34,881 nucleotides of DNA from assembly GCA_016783505.1 (NCBI GenBank), contig JADHWK010000021.1:1-34881 (forward strand), read 5' to 3'. This stretch comes from Candidatus Zhuqueibacterota bacterium. Lineage in GTDB: Bacteria; BS750m-G25. The notes under the pieces are model-generated. The model saw only the letters and a list, made by a program, of their open reading frames with translations. It did no database searches and was not told where the DNA came from. Of the stretch, positions 34,656-34,881 are shown in pieces (within the stretch, counting starts at the first letter, position 1; every line of letters begins with the position of its first letter). The translations under genes were made by a program, and so were the position numbers.

Positions 34656-34881
34656 ATGAACAAGGAAAATTGGAAGAAAGTGGTAGCAATCCTGCTCCCC
34701 GTTCTTCTGGTGATGGCGATGCCGCTCTTCGCCAGCGACAATGTCATCCTGAACGCCGATTTAGAGACCGATGCTCCATTTGCCTGGAGCCCTTATCCGG
34801 CGGCGGATGCCGAGTTGATCTGGGCTGAGGATGAAGCCTACACCTATTTCCGGTCCTTCAAGATAGCCAAAACCAGCACCG
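34656..34881 (+). CDS. Secreted protein, possible N-terminal CBM4/9-like domain (truncated by window edge)
   Basis: Not in the ORF track. SD AAGGAGG precedes MNKENWKKVVAILLPVLLVMAMPLFA-SDNVILNADLE...W; frame is open to the window end. Confidence 0.7.
   Translation, partial: MNKENWKKVVAILLPVLLVMAMPLFASDNVILNADLETDAPFAWSPYPAADAELIWAEDEAYTYFRSFKIAKTST

Overview
Bacterial chromosomal window. The C-terminal LSQNYPNPFNP/FlgD-Ig sorting domain and overall gene style suggest an FCB-group lineage such as KSB1, Calditrichota or Zixibacteria (inference only). The left half (1-15.1 kb, minus strand) is mostly housekeeping: a membrane-anchored receiver-domain protein, tRNA-Lys(UUU) plus a decayed tRNA-Lys(CUU) half, purA, secF, secD, a hot-dog thioesterase, a thioredoxin-TPR lipoprotein, a DUF559 endonuclease bracketed by inverted palindromes, citF, a citD-citE fusion whose ACP lacks the prosthetic-group serine, and pyrF/pyrE split by an Ig-repeat lipoprotein. 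Its intergenic DNA is packed with nested REP-like miniature repeats. The right half is on the plus strand. It opens with a lower-GC patch: an orphan PD-(D/E)xK-like protein behind three TetR-like operators, a DAACS symporter sitting between the N- and C-terminal remnants of another DAACS gene, and spmA/spmB. A LacI-controlled carbohydrate locus follows: GH5 beta-mannosidase-like enzyme, mannitol-dehydrogenase-like ADH, fructokinase, a large secreted protein, sugar ABC binding protein and permeases, a GH32-like enzyme, GH130 and an unclassified (alpha/alpha)6-like lipoprotein. The last gene is truncated and its leader carries two start-codon-less copies of the 16S rRNA anti-SD complement. No CRISPR array, rRNA, integrase or transposase was seen. 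All calls come from motif recognition by eye; no database searches were run.
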